Source: Candidatus Magasanikiibacteriota bacterium (GTDB taxonomy: Bacteria > Patescibacteriota > Patescibacteriia > Magasanikbacterales > GWA2-37-8). Taken from it: DNA of 58,956 bases. Numbering within the stretch: position 1 is the stretch's first letter; the number at the start of each line of letters is the position of its first letter. The stretch covers positions 645,834 to 704,789 of the forward strand of contig CAWJAS010000001.1 of the NCBI GenBank assembly GCA_963840935.1. Direction: 5' to 3'. The notes under the pieces are model-generated. The model saw only the letters and a list, made by a program, of their open reading frames with translations, made no database searches and was not told the origin of the DNA. Below are positions 1 through 9,319 of the stretch, piece by piece. The translations under genes and the position numbers were made by a program.

Positions 1-1771
1 TGCTAATTCTGGGCAATGCCAAAATAATCGGCTCTTTCTTTTCCAAAGCGTAAAAAAGCATTTCAATTGTCTCGTTCGCATCAAGAGGTTTAAAAACTTT
101 TATTCCCGGATATGCCTGAAAAAGTGATTGCCAATACAAACCTTGGTGAGTCGGACCGTCCTCGCCTGTTTCCGGGCCATCATGCGTGGCAAGGGCAATA
201 AAGAAACCCGCCGTGTTTGGATTGATAGCGTTATTCACAAGCGCCAAATGAACGGCGTGGCCGTACATCGCCGTGAACACTCCATAAGTACCAAAGACAG
301 AAACCGGTTTAATTCCCCCAGGTAAAATATCTTGAGTCATGGCCATAGACATCATCGCCATGTTTTGCTCGGCAATACCAAAACGAATTCCCCTGCCCAA
401 AGGATTTTTTGCGTTAATTATTCCATAAACATCTTCGGCTTTGGCCGTTAAAACAGATTTGGACAAATCCCCCGCTCCGGCATAAAAAAATGCCGTTTGT
501 TTCATCAACCATTCAAACCAAGCTTCCGCCGCTTTGCGAGTATGAACACTTTCACCCGGTTGAAAAATTAATTCCCGTGGGAGTTCGCTCGGTCTTTTGA
601 TTTCCGCAGGAGAAATTATCGGCCTTCCGCTCAATTTGCGATTAATAAGGTCGGTAAGAGCGCCCTCCGGTTCAATTCTTTTTGCCAATTCATTCAATCT
701 GTTTTGTATGAACACACAATCATTGTCGGCCAATTGGTTTAAAATATTTTGGCAATCGACCCCCATTGAACTTCCGTCCGTTTTGAAACCCAATTTTTTC
801 ATCAAATCAATATATTGCTTTTTATCTATGTGGGAACTTTTGGAATGCGCGGTCGCCTTATTTTCCATTTTTCCATAACTTTTGCCTTTGATTGTATGCG
901 CCAAAACACACGTCGGACGTTTATTTTTGAATCCTTTTCGCGCCAGTTCATAGGCGTAACAAAGCTCGTTGATATCATGCCCGTCAACTTCAATCACATT
1001 CCAACCAAAACCAAGCCAATAATTCAAATATTGTTCCGGCATAATTTCTCCGACCGGGCCGTCAATACCAAAATTGTTGTAGTCCAGAGTGACAATGATG
1101 TTGCTAACGGCGTTAGCGGATAAAATATTTCTTGCTTCATAGGTGATACCTTCCTCACTTTCCGCGTCACCCATAAAAACCCAAACCTTGGTCGGCAGGC
1201 CTGATGCTCGATGAGACATTGCTATTCCGCCCCCCGCGCTGAATCCATGGCCTGACGGTCCGGTTGAATAATCACAAAACGGATAAGTATTCTCGGCGTG
1301 CCCTGGCAAACCGTTGAATTGCCTAAAACTTCCCAAATGTTCCGGTAAAACACAATTAATGCTTGCCTCGGAAAACTGGCGACCCACTCGCCGAAGCGCT
1401 TCATACAATAACGCTTGACCGGAATACAAAAGCGGAGTGCAATGCCCGGCGCTCCAAATTATTCTGTCGCGACCCGGATGTTTTGGTTCCATCGGGTCAA
1501 AAGCACACGAACCGCCAAGAGTCATGGCCAAAAACTGTTCCACTTTTGAAGAACTTCCACCCGGATGCCCGGAAGAAGCGTGTTCAACCGTCGCAAAAAT
1601 CAATCCGCGAACAATTTTCGCCAACCTCGTAGTCGCCTTTAAATCAATACCCGGAAAATCTGCCAGTTTTTGATTTTTTAAGTTAATATATTCGGCGCTA
1701 CCTTTATAATTATTCTTTGAATTTTTTGCTATTTTTTTTAAATCTTTGGCCAATAATGGATTAAATGGCAT
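1..1771 (-). CDS. tkt: Transketolase, 3' end runs off the window
   Basis: Absent from the ORF track because no stop lies in the window. Reverse-strand translation from the ATG at 1771 reads MPFNPLLAKDL...VEHASSGHPGGSSSKVEQ...SAGHCTPLLYSGQ...GPSGHGFSAGGGIAMS...VWVFMGDAESEEG. A spot check at 600-660 is open, and the frame stays open to position 2 (...THDGPETGEDGPTHQ...EKKEPIILALPRIS). These are typical TPP/transketolase motifs. Confidence 0.85.
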   Translation of the reverse strand, partial: MPFNPLLAKDLKKIAKNSKNNYKGSAEYINLKNQKLADFPGIDLKATTRLAKIVRGLIFATVEHASSGHPGGSSSKVEQFLAMTLGGSCAFDPMEPKHPGRDRIIWSAGHCTPLLYSGQALLYEALRRVGRQFSEASINCVLPEHLGSFRQFNGLPGHAENTYPFCDYSTGPSGHGFSAGGGIAMSHRASGLPTKVWVFMGDAESEEGITYEARNILSANAVSNIIVTLDYNNFGIDGPVGEIMPEQYLNYWLGFGWNVIEVDGHDINELCYAYELARKGFKNKRPTCVLAHTIKGKSYGKMENKATAHSKSSHIDKKQYIDLMKKLGFKTDGSSMGVDCQNILNQLADNDCVFIQNRLNELAKRIEPEGALTDLINRKLSGRPIISPAEIKRPSELPRELIFQPGESVHTRKAAEAWFEWLMKQTAFFYAGAGDLSKSVLTAKAEDVYGIINAKNPLGRGIRFGIAEQNMAMMSMAMTQDILPGGIKPVSVFGTYGVFTAMYGHAVHLALVNNAINPNTAGFFIALATHDGPETGEDGPTHQGLYWQSLFQAYPGIKVFKPLDANETIEMLFYALEKKEPIILALPRIS

Positions 1772-1783
1772 ATTGCGTATATT

Positions 1784-1807
1784 AAAAAACCAACAATTAA
1801 GTTGGTT
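1784..1807 (-). terminator. Rho-independent terminator after the LtaS-like gene
   Basis: 7-bp stem aaccaac/gttggtt (1788-1794 / 1801-1807) with a 6-nt loop. The A-run at 1784-1789 is a T-run on the minus strand. Confidence 0.5.
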
Positions 1808-1846
1808 CTATTTTATCATTTTTTGTCTTTAATAACAAGAAATGCG

Positions 1847-4120
1847 CTATTTCACAAACCACCATCTTCCCTCTTCAAACATCTGCCTTTTCCATTGAAA
1901 ATAATTTTTATATTCGCACAAAGTCAACTGTTTTTCACTATCAGGCACGCCCGGAATCGACGGGCAATCAATATCCACCGGCGGGGCAAAATCAATTTGG
2001 CGCGTTGACGAACCGTTTGTTTCCTGATTTATCCATAATCCAAATTCATGCATACCGAGTAAATTAGGATAATCGGGGCGTTTATCAAAAATCGACCACC
2101 CTTCAAATGAATTGGCCGGATTTATACCCAAAATATGAAGCATCGTTGGCGCAAAATCAATCGCCGAAGAATAAACATCAACTTCTTTTGGTAAAAGCGT
2201 TTCCGGCAAATAGGCCATAAAAACTATTTCATCATAATAAGTCATTTTACCGGCCAAATTAGGAAAAAACTTCTTTTCATACGCGGCCGGAAAAACAGCG
2301 TGGTCGGCAATGGCAATAACAATTGTATTGTCATAAAATTCACTTTGCCTGAAGTCTTGCCAAAATAATTTGAAAGCATGGTCGGTGGTATGTATGGCGT
2401 TCAATAAATTATTTTCGCCGTCTCCAAACATTATCATATCTTTCGCCAAATTGAACGGCGGATGAGTGTCGACCGTGGAAAGCATTAACAAAAACGGTTC
2501 TTCGTTTTGTAATTTTTTGACTTTCATTTCATCTAACATTACCGGAAACATTTGTTGGTCGGAATACCCCCAAGACAACGGCTCGCCGGCGATTCGACTG
2601 GACAATTCCTTGGTGCCCCAAATTTCATTTACACCCATGCTTTCGATAATTGAATCTTTGTTGGCAAAATCTTTTTTAACCGCGGTAATATACAAACTTG
2701 ATTGATAGCCACTTTCTTGAAGCGCCTTCGGCAAACAATAGAGGTGGTGTTTTTGCAAATGTTTTTCAATTTCTATTTCTTGATGACCAATCGGAGGCAA
2801 AAAAGAACATAACTCGGCGATTAACCCCGTAATAGTCGGGGTGGAAGGATTGTACATGTTTTTAAAAACAGTGGTATTCGCGTCTTCGGCCATGGCGTTT
2901 AAACCGGGCGTAACCTCCTCCATTTCCGAATTATAGACACCGGTCAAGCGCGTGGAATATGATTCCAAAAAAATAATCACTATGTTCGGTTTTTTTTCTA
3001 TTAATTTTTCCGGCAAAGCGTTTAATTCTTTTTCAAAAACCCATTCTCTTCTATTCAAATAAAAATCATCATAATTATGAAAAATTCCAAATCGCTCCAG
3101 CTTATTCTTTATGGTTGAATCAAGTTCGGCGGATACCGTGGAACCGTTCCAATAATCGTAAAATGATTTAATAATTTTCGCTTCCGGCGTGCTACGCAAA
3201 GAAACAATGGCTAAAACGGCAAAAATAGACACGGCAATAACTGCAAAATCGTAATAATACCAGCACCGCCTATCGGTTTTTTTGTGCGCCTTCATGAATT
3301 TTTTTATCACAAACATCGCAATCGTGCTTATGGCGACAAAAAATGCAATTAAAATAATGGCAGTTTGCCCGAATACGGCAATACCGCCTTCGCCGGCATG
3401 ACCGACAATGGCCGGGCTCAAATACAAACTTGAATGCTTAAGCACGCCGATATTTACCGCGCCCAAAAGCAATGAAAATAAAAATAAGACTGACCAGACG
3501 ATTAATAATGCGAATCTGACATGATTTTTTATGCTGATGTAAAAAAGGCTAGCTAAAGCAAAACCGGCGAGCCAAACCGCGGCCATGGCCACCGAACGGA
3601 ATAAAACGATATTATAAAATTTTATATTTGAGTCAAGAATGTAATGCGAAAAAGCAAAATATTGAAAAACAGCTTGAATCAAAAAAATAAAACCGGCCAA
3701 AATAAAAAAACCGCGCGCCGCTTTTCGCCAATCAGACACCGGATGTTTTGCCAAATATGCGTCCAGCCGAAAATAAAGCAAAATGGAAACCGCGGTAAAA
3801 ATAATCAGGCTAATAAGTTCGTGCCGACTAAAAAAAGTCAGGAAAAAAAGCGAACAAATAAAAAACAACTCATCAAAAAAATAAAAAAATTCATCGCGCC
3901 AAAAAGGATGCCTTTCGAATTTAGAAACCAGCCACAGATAAACGCTTTTAAAAAATTTGAATAAAAAAAGAACGCCGAGCCATATCAAAAAAATATACAA
4001 GGCCATTTTGCCGTTTTGGCTATGTGGCACGTGGTACCAAACATAGCCAAAAGAAATAATAAAAGAAGCGACAAGCGGTCCAAAAACCAGCCGTTTCAAA
4101 TAAATAAAAAATGTTTTCAC
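1847..4120 (-). CDS. Polytopic membrane protein with C-terminal sulfatase-like domain (LTA synthase / phosphoglycerol transferase family)
   Basis: 757-aa ORF. The N-terminal ~300 aa are multi-TM. The C-terminal part carries alkaline-phosphatase-superfamily motifs IVIIFLESYS, LLMLSTVDTHPPF and VIAIADH, as in LtaS/MdoB. GTG start. Confidence 0.7.
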   Translation of the reverse strand: MKTFFIYLKRLVFGPLVASFIISFGYVWYHVPHSQNGKMALYIFLIWLGVLFLFKFFKSVYLWLVSKFERHPFWRDEFFYFFDELFFICSLFFLTFFSRHELISLIIFTAVSILLYFRLDAYLAKHPVSDWRKAARGFFILAGFIFLIQAVFQYFAFSHYILDSNIKFYNIVLFRSVAMAAVWLAGFALASLFYISIKNHVRFALLIVWSVLFLFSLLLGAVNIGVLKHSSLYLSPAIVGHAGEGGIAVFGQTAIILIAFFVAISTIAMFVIKKFMKAHKKTDRRCWYYYDFAVIAVSIFAVLAIVSLRSTPEAKIIKSFYDYWNGSTVSAELDSTIKNKLERFGIFHNYDDFYLNRREWVFEKELNALPEKLIEKKPNIVIIFLESYSTRLTGVYNSEMEEVTPGLNAMAEDANTTVFKNMYNPSTPTITGLIAELCSFLPPIGHQEIEIEKHLQKHHLYCLPKALQESGYQSSLYITAVKKDFANKDSIIESMGVNEIWGTKELSSRIAGEPLSWGYSDQQMFPVMLDEMKVKKLQNEEPFLLMLSTVDTHPPFNLAKDMIMFGDGENNLLNAIHTTDHAFKLFWQDFRQSEFYDNTIVIAIADHAVFPAAYEKKFFPNLAGKMTYYDEIVFMAYLPETLLPKEVDVYSSAIDFAPTMLHILGINPANSFEGWSIFDKRPDYPNLLGMHEFGLWINQETNGSSTRQIDFAPPVDIDCPSIPGVPDSEKQLTLCEYKNYFQWKRQMFEEGRWWFVK

Positions 4121-4122
4121 AA

Positions 4123-4476
4123 CTAAATTTTATATTCTTTTGAGGAGCGTACCGAGCGTTTATCTTTTTTTATTTTTTCACGCTTAAGAATTTTGTGTTT
4201 TTTTAATTCCGCCTCCAAATAATCTTTAACCTTATCGATCGCCTTGTATAAATTTTTTTCATTCTTGGAAGCATACAAATCCACTCCCGGCACATCCAAA
4301 CGACACTCGCAAATAAATACATTACCTTTCAAATGATGGTCGTTTTCTTTGCCGACTTTAACGTCCGCGCGCAATATTTTATCGTAGAATTTATCAAGCG
4401 TTCCTATTTTTTTTTCAACATATTCTTTAATGGCCTCGGTCAAATCTATGCCTTTGCCCGTCATTTGTATGTTCAT
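4123..4476 (-). CDS. hpf: Ribosome hibernation promoting factor / RaiA family
   Basis: 117 aa, MNIQMTGKGIDLTEAIKEYVEKKIGTLDKFYDKILRADVKV..., the typical HPF/YfiA N-terminus. Confidence 0.8.
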   Translation of the reverse strand: MNIQMTGKGIDLTEAIKEYVEKKIGTLDKFYDKILRADVKVGKENDHHLKGNVFICECRLDVPGVDLYASKNEKNLYKAIDKVKDYLEAELKKHKILKREKIKKDKRSVRSSKEYKI

Positions 4477-4494
4477 ATGGTTTGAAGTTAATAA

Positions 4495-5445
4495 TTAATT
4501 TTTTAATATTTCAACTTCCGGCTCAAGGGTTATCCCATATTTATTATACACTTCGCCGACCACTTTATCAACAATGAATAAGATGTCGGATGACGATGCT
4601 TTGCCATAATTTACTATAAAATTTCCGTGTTTTTCCGAAATACCGGCTTCACCGAATTTAAAACCTTTTAACCCGCATTGTTCGATAAGCCAACCAGCCG
4701 GAACCATACCTCTTTCCACGAAAAAATCCGGTAATTCCCCTTTTTCTCCCCGCCAATCGCTGACTTTGATATTTTTAAAAAAACTGCCGGATGATGGCTG
4801 GGAAGGCAGTTTACTTTGCCTTTCAAAAAATAAATCATTCATTTTTTTGGCTATTTGCGCCGGGTCGTCTTTTTTTAAAACAATTTTTACCCGAAGAATA
4901 ACATCGTTATTGCTTTTAAAAATACTGGAACGATAATCAAACCCGCACTCTTCGCGCAAAAGTGTAATTACTTGACCGTCTCGCCATACTTCAACTTCCT
5001 TAATTGACTGCGATATGTCTTCCCTATATGCTCCGGCGTTACCCCGAACCGCCCCACCGATTGTGCCGGGAATTCCGGAAGCCCATTCCATCCCGCTTAA
5101 ACTGTTTTGGACAGCCGACTGAACCAGTCTGGGCAAAAAAACGCCGACTTCCGAGGTAATTTCACCTTCGTCAACAGATAATTTGGAGGTTTCAATTTTT
5201 ATCACCACGCCCGTAAACCCATCATCGCTGAACAAAACATTTGAACCCCCGCCGAGTATTTGGTAATCAATCCCCTCGCCCGACAAAAAATTTAACAAAT
5301 CGACCAATTTATCGGTCTGATTAACAATAATAAAATACTTCGCCGGACCGCCGATTTTCATAGTTGAATAGCGGGAAAGCATCTGAGCGCTCTTAACTTG
5401 GCCGTATTTTTTTAACTCTTTTACGAGAGTGTCCATATTTGCCAT
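4495..5445 (-). CDS. murB: UDP-N-acetylenolpyruvoylglucosamine reductase
   Basis: 316 aa with MKIGGPAKYF, ILGGGSNVLFSD and GIPGTIGGAVRGNAGAY motifs. Confidence 0.85.
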   Translation of the reverse strand: MANMDTLVKELKKYGQVKSAQMLSRYSTMKIGGPAKYFIIVNQTDKLVDLLNFLSGEGIDYQILGGGSNVLFSDDGFTGVVIKIETSKLSVDEGEITSEVGVFLPRLVQSAVQNSLSGMEWASGIPGTIGGAVRGNAGAYREDISQSIKEVEVWRDGQVITLLREECGFDYRSSIFKSNNDVILRVKIVLKKDDPAQIAKKMNDLFFERQSKLPSQPSSGSFFKNIKVSDWRGEKGELPDFFVERGMVPAGWLIEQCGLKGFKFGEAGISEKHGNFIVNYGKASSSDILFIVDKVVGEVYNKYGITLEPEVEILKN

Positions 5446-5488
5446 TTTTGTTAATTTAAGCTATAATTTATCATTATACGATAAAGCT

Positions 5489-7045
5489 ATGGCGCTGGCA
5501 AATGAAGCAAAAAAACTCCTCAAAAAGAAGCTTGCCCGTAAGCGTCTTTTTTATGTGGCGCGAGATGCGGAAAGAGCCGAAGCCGGATTGACCGACCCCA
5601 CTATCAAAAATTTTTGCATTATTACCAACCCTTCGGACCGGGCTCGGGAACTAAAAAAATTATACCCGAGCCAAGTCATAATTGTGCCTGGCAAAACACC
5701 AAAAAACACTTTGGAATTGTTGCGAGATAAAAAAATAAAAAAACTTTTTCGTTCCGGTGATTTGGCAATGGTGTTTAAACCGACTGAATTGATTGAACAA
5801 CAATGCGCAAAAATGGGAATTAATTTGATTAATCCGCCGGCAAAATTAGCTTCGGCAGTGGAAGAAAAAATCAGTCAAGTAGCGTGGCTCGGCGATTTGG
5901 CAAAATTCCTGCCAAAAACAAAAATCGATATTGTAAAAAATATAAAATGGCAAAAAAAGAAATTTATTTTGCAGTTTAATCGGGCGCACACCGGTAGCGG
6001 AACAATTCTTGTGGAATTGGCAAAACAACTCAAAGAAATCCAGACTTTGTTTCCAAATCGAGAAGCCAGAGTTTGCCGATATATCAAAGGCCCGATTATT
6101 ACAAGTAATAATACTGTTACAAAAAATAAAATTCTGGTCGGTAATATCAGCTATCAAATAACCGGCCTATACCCGTTCACTGACAATACTTTTTCCACCA
6201 TCGGAAATGATTGGGCTTGGCCGGAAAAACAAATGAACGCCCGGCAAAAAAAATATTATGAACAAATTGTCGTTCAAATCGGTAAACGTTTGCGTCAATC
6301 AGGTTGGAAGGGGCTTTTTGGTATTGACGCTGTAATTGAAGAAAAAACCGGAAAAATTTATTTAATAGAAATAAACGCCCGCCAGCCCGCTTCAACCAGT
6401 TTTGAATCTTACTTGCAGAACCAATCAAAAAATATTGGCTTGAACACTTTTTTTACTCACCTGTTCGCGTTACTTAACATTGATTGCCGACTTCCAATAA
6501 TTAAAATTAAAGACGGCGCGCAAATAATTCAAAGGGTGACGGAAGGAACAAAAATATTGCCGGTGCCTCTTTGCTTTAAACCGGTCGCTTGGAAATATTC
6601 AATATACAATAACAGCAAAATCGGTGAAGATTTAATGCGGTTGCAAACAACCAAAGGCATAATGGCCGGTCACAATGAACTCAATGAACACGGCAATGAA
6701 ATATCCATTTTTGTGAGCATGGCGAAACAACGACGCTTATTCAATTTACCGCGCGCCGGCATGATAATAACGCGCCAAAATAAAATTCTTTTGATTAAAC
6801 GGCACCGCTATAATTATGATTACTGGGTTGTTCCGGGTGGAACATTGGAAAAAAATGAAACACCGCTTGATACGGCCCGCAGAGAAATTTTTGAAGAAAC
6901 CGGTTTAATATGCGAACCAAATCAAAAAATAAAACCGATTATTATTGACGGGACAAAAGATGAAATTTATTATTTTACTAATACCGAATCTGAACAGTGT
7001 AAAATTGGGCGGACCGGAAAAAGAAACAAATTCCCCGGCGAATAA
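5489..7045 (+). CDS. ATP-grasp ligase domain fused to a NUDIX hydrolase domain; C-terminus probably frameshifted near 6995 and continuing to 7148
   Basis: ATP-grasp signature LFGIDAVIEEKTGKIYLIEINARQPAS. NUDIX box GGTLEKNETPLDTARREIFEETGL. The ATG at 5489 avoids overlap with murB. The +1 frame (ORF 6945..7148) reads VKLGGPEKETNSPANNYQLKWVSFKDVQKINLLPP, which looks like the missing NUDIX C-terminus. Confidence 0.6.
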   Translation: MALANEAKKLLKKKLARKRLFYVARDAERAEAGLTDPTIKNFCIITNPSDRARELKKLYPSQVIIVPGKTPKNTLELLRDKKIKKLFRSGDLAMVFKPTELIEQQCAKMGINLINPPAKLASAVEEKISQVAWLGDLAKFLPKTKIDIVKNIKWQKKKFILQFNRAHTGSGTILVELAKQLKEIQTLFPNREARVCRYIKGPIITSNNTVTKNKILVGNISYQITGLYPFTDNTFSTIGNDWAWPEKQMNARQKKYYEQIVVQIGKRLRQSGWKGLFGIDAVIEEKTGKIYLIEINARQPASTSFESYLQNQSKNIGLNTFFTHLFALLNIDCRLPIIKIKDGAQIIQRVTEGTKILPVPLCFKPVAWKYSIYNNSKIGEDLMRLQTTKGIMAGHNELNEHGNEISIFVSMAKQRRLFNLPRAGMIITRQNKILLIKRHRYNYDYWVVPGGTLEKNETPLDTARREIFEETGLICEPNQKIKPIIIDGTKDEIYYFTNTESEQCKIGRTGKRNKFPGE

Positions 7046-7149
7046 TTATCAGTTAAAATGGGTTAGCTTTAAAGATGTTCAAAAAATAAATTTATTGCCA
7101 CCGGCTTTAAAAAACGAACTGGTAAAACGATTAAAAACCATTAAATAGT

Positions 7150-7965
7150 ATGCTTTCAAAAAAGGCTCAAATTATAATAAATCAATACTTCAACCTGCCG
7201 TTTGAAGTGTTTACCGGTATTCGCTGTCCATATTTCATCAATAAACGCCAAGGCCGAGACGGGGGCAATTACGCGGTCTGATCGGCAAAGGAACGCCGAA
7301 AGAAATTGTGGAAGAGGCAAAAATATTGTCCATTCAATACAAACATGGACTTTTTGATAAAAATGGATTTGTTCCGAAAAACAAATATAACGAAGAAGAA
7401 GCGCGCCAAATAATCAGATGTTTTTTAATTGACAATGGTATTGGCATCGACTGCTCGGGCTTTGCGAGTCATGTTTTATCGGCCCACTTTTTGGAAACAT
7501 ACAATATCAAATTGTCATCGAAATTATTTTTCTATCCAAAAAATAGATGGCTGAGAAATTTTATAACCAAGTTCCGACCGATTGAAAACATATCGGTGAA
7601 CACTCTCGCCCACGAACAAAACAGCGAACTTGTTTGCGAAGGCTCTGAACCGATACAAGATTAACGAAATCAGACCGGCGGATATGATAATTATAAATGA
7701 AATTAACAATAATCCGGCTCGCCATCATATAATACTAATTACCGATAACTCATCGGGAAAAATTGAATATGTTCATGCGCGAGCTTGGAATAGCGAAGGT
7801 AAATACGGCCATGGGGTTTCTCGCGGACAAATAAAAATTATTAATCCGAATGGGAATCTTTTGGAACAGCAATGGGAAGAGCTTGGCAAAATTAATGACG
7901 AAAATGAAACATATTTGGAAGCCAAATCAGCTAAAATTTTACAAATTCGAAGAATAAAAACCTAA
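7150..7965 (+). pseudogene. NlpC/P60-like (DCSGF Cys, HH His) protein split across three frame segments
   Basis: The ATG at 7150 gives MLSKKAQIIINQYFNLPFEVFTGIRCPYFINKRQGRDGG. After the GGGGG run near 7262 the sense continues in another frame (QLRGLIGKGTPKEIVEEAKILSIQYKH...GIDCSGFASHVL, ORF 7308..7664). It then returns to the first frame near 7630 (FAKALNRYKINEIRPADMIIIN...RHHIILITD...YVHA, ORF 7630..7965). Confidence 0.5.
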
Positions 7966-7978
7966 TTTGAATATATTT

Positions 7979-9112
7979 ATGATGTCTTGTACCCCATTTT
8001 CACCGGAGCTTCTTGAAACCGCATTGTTGTACTTGATTTGCACGGCCATTGGCGCTTTTATTTGGGCTCCGCTTTTAACCAAATTTTTATACAAATATAA
8101 AATTACTCGCCGAGCGGAATATGATTTTACTTTGCAAAGCGAGGAGCGCATGCAGAAAGTGGGCACTCCGATTATGGGCGGACTTTTGATTATTATTACA
8201 GTGACTTTTGTTACTCTATTATTTAACTGGGAACGAAGCTACACCTATGTGCCGATTGGCGCTATGGCAATCGCTGCCCTACTTGGGGCGGCCGATGACT
8301 TGTTAAATATTTTCGGCGTAAAAAGAAAACAGCGAACTTTGGCGCATACTTGGACTTTGATAAAAGTCCACAAAAGCATTTGGAGTAGAATTTATTACTT
8401 TTTGAGTTTACCTTGGACGGCAATTAGACAATTTTTTGGCGCGCTTGGGTCCCATCCGGGCAAAGGCATTATGGTTCACGAAAAATTACTTTTACAATTT
8501 TTGGCCGGCGCTGTCGTCGCTTGGTGGATATATTTCAAACTGGGTCCTCACTGGCATAGCTTGTGGATTCCTTTCAATGGAGAGCTGGCGCTTGGCTGGT
8601 TGATTATTCCACTGGTTATATTATTGGTTATGTTTACGGCCAACGCGGTTAATATTGCCGACGGGCTCGACGGTCTGGCCGGAGGCTCTCTTTTAATCAC
8701 ATTTTTTGGTTTGACTGCCATCAGTTGGATTGAGGGCCGAGTCGCTTTCACTTTGCTAAACGCCACAGTTGTCGGCGCTTTAATTACCTACACATATTTT
8801 AATATTAAACCGGCGCGATTCCAGATGGGCGATGTGGGTTCTTTGGGACTCGGCGCGCTTCTGGCCATTAATGTTATTGCCGTGAATAAAACTCTTTTGA
8901 TTCCGGTTTTGGGTTTTATATTTTATATTGAAGCGATTTCCGTTATTATCCAGGTGTTTTCACGCCGGGTGCTTGGCAAAAGAGTTTTTAAAATGGCTCC
9001 CCTGCACCATCACTTTGAATTTCATAATTGGAGCGAAGAAAAAATTGTGATGCGTTTTTGGCTTATTCATTTGTTTTTTGTTGTTATCGCCGTATGGCTC
9101 GCGATGAATTAA
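7979..9112 (+). CDS. mraY: Phospho-N-acetylmuramoyl-pentapeptide transferase
   Basis: NAVNIADGLDGLAGG and MAPLHHHFE motifs; polytopic membrane protein. The track start at 7967 is TTG; the first ATG is at 7979. Confidence 0.85.
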   Translation: MMSCTPFSPELLETALLYLICTAIGAFIWAPLLTKFLYKYKITRRAEYDFTLQSEERMQKVGTPIMGGLLIIITVTFVTLLFNWERSYTYVPIGAMAIAALLGAADDLLNIFGVKRKQRTLAHTWTLIKVHKSIWSRIYYFLSLPWTAIRQFFGALGSHPGKGIMVHEKLLLQFLAGAVVAWWIYFKLGPHWHSLWIPFNGELALGWLIIPLVILLVMFTANAVNIADGLDGLAGGSLLITFFGLTAISWIEGRVAFTLLNATVVGALITYTYFNIKPARFQMGDVGSLGLGALLAINVIAVNKTLLIPVLGFIFYIEAISVIIQVFSRRVLGKRVFKMAPLHHHFEFHNWSEEKIVMRFWLIHLFFVVIAVWLAMN

Positions 9113-9193
9113 CATGAAAGCATTAGGATATAAAAATATTAAATAGTTATTCAAAATTATCATTTTGAGCAACACTGCGGAGCCGCGCGAAAA

Positions 9194-9317
9194 TTAGAGA
9201 ATTATCATATGTTTCAGGCACGAGTCTCCGCGCCTGAAGGCGCGTCGCTCTAACGCTCCCCCGATTCCCGATTGAATTGGGGTCCGCGACTGCCTTCAAC
9301 ATATAATAATTCTCTAA
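9194..9317. repeat. GC-rich structured insert bounded by an 18-nt near-perfect inverted repeat
   Basis: ttagagaattatcatatg (9194-9211) faces catataataattctctaa (9300-9317). The core holds hairpins gcgcc-tgaa-ggcgc and ccccgatt...aattgggg. It ends 2 nt before the ATG at 9320. Confidence 0.5.
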
Positions 9318-9319
9318 TA

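Noticed and set aside
1-1771. Plus-strand ORFs 128..325, 597..878, 815..1123, 1363..1632 and 1437..1673, and minus-strand ORF 1222..1404.
   Set aside because: All overlap the continuous minus-strand transketolase frame, which the ORF track omitted because it has no stop inside the window.
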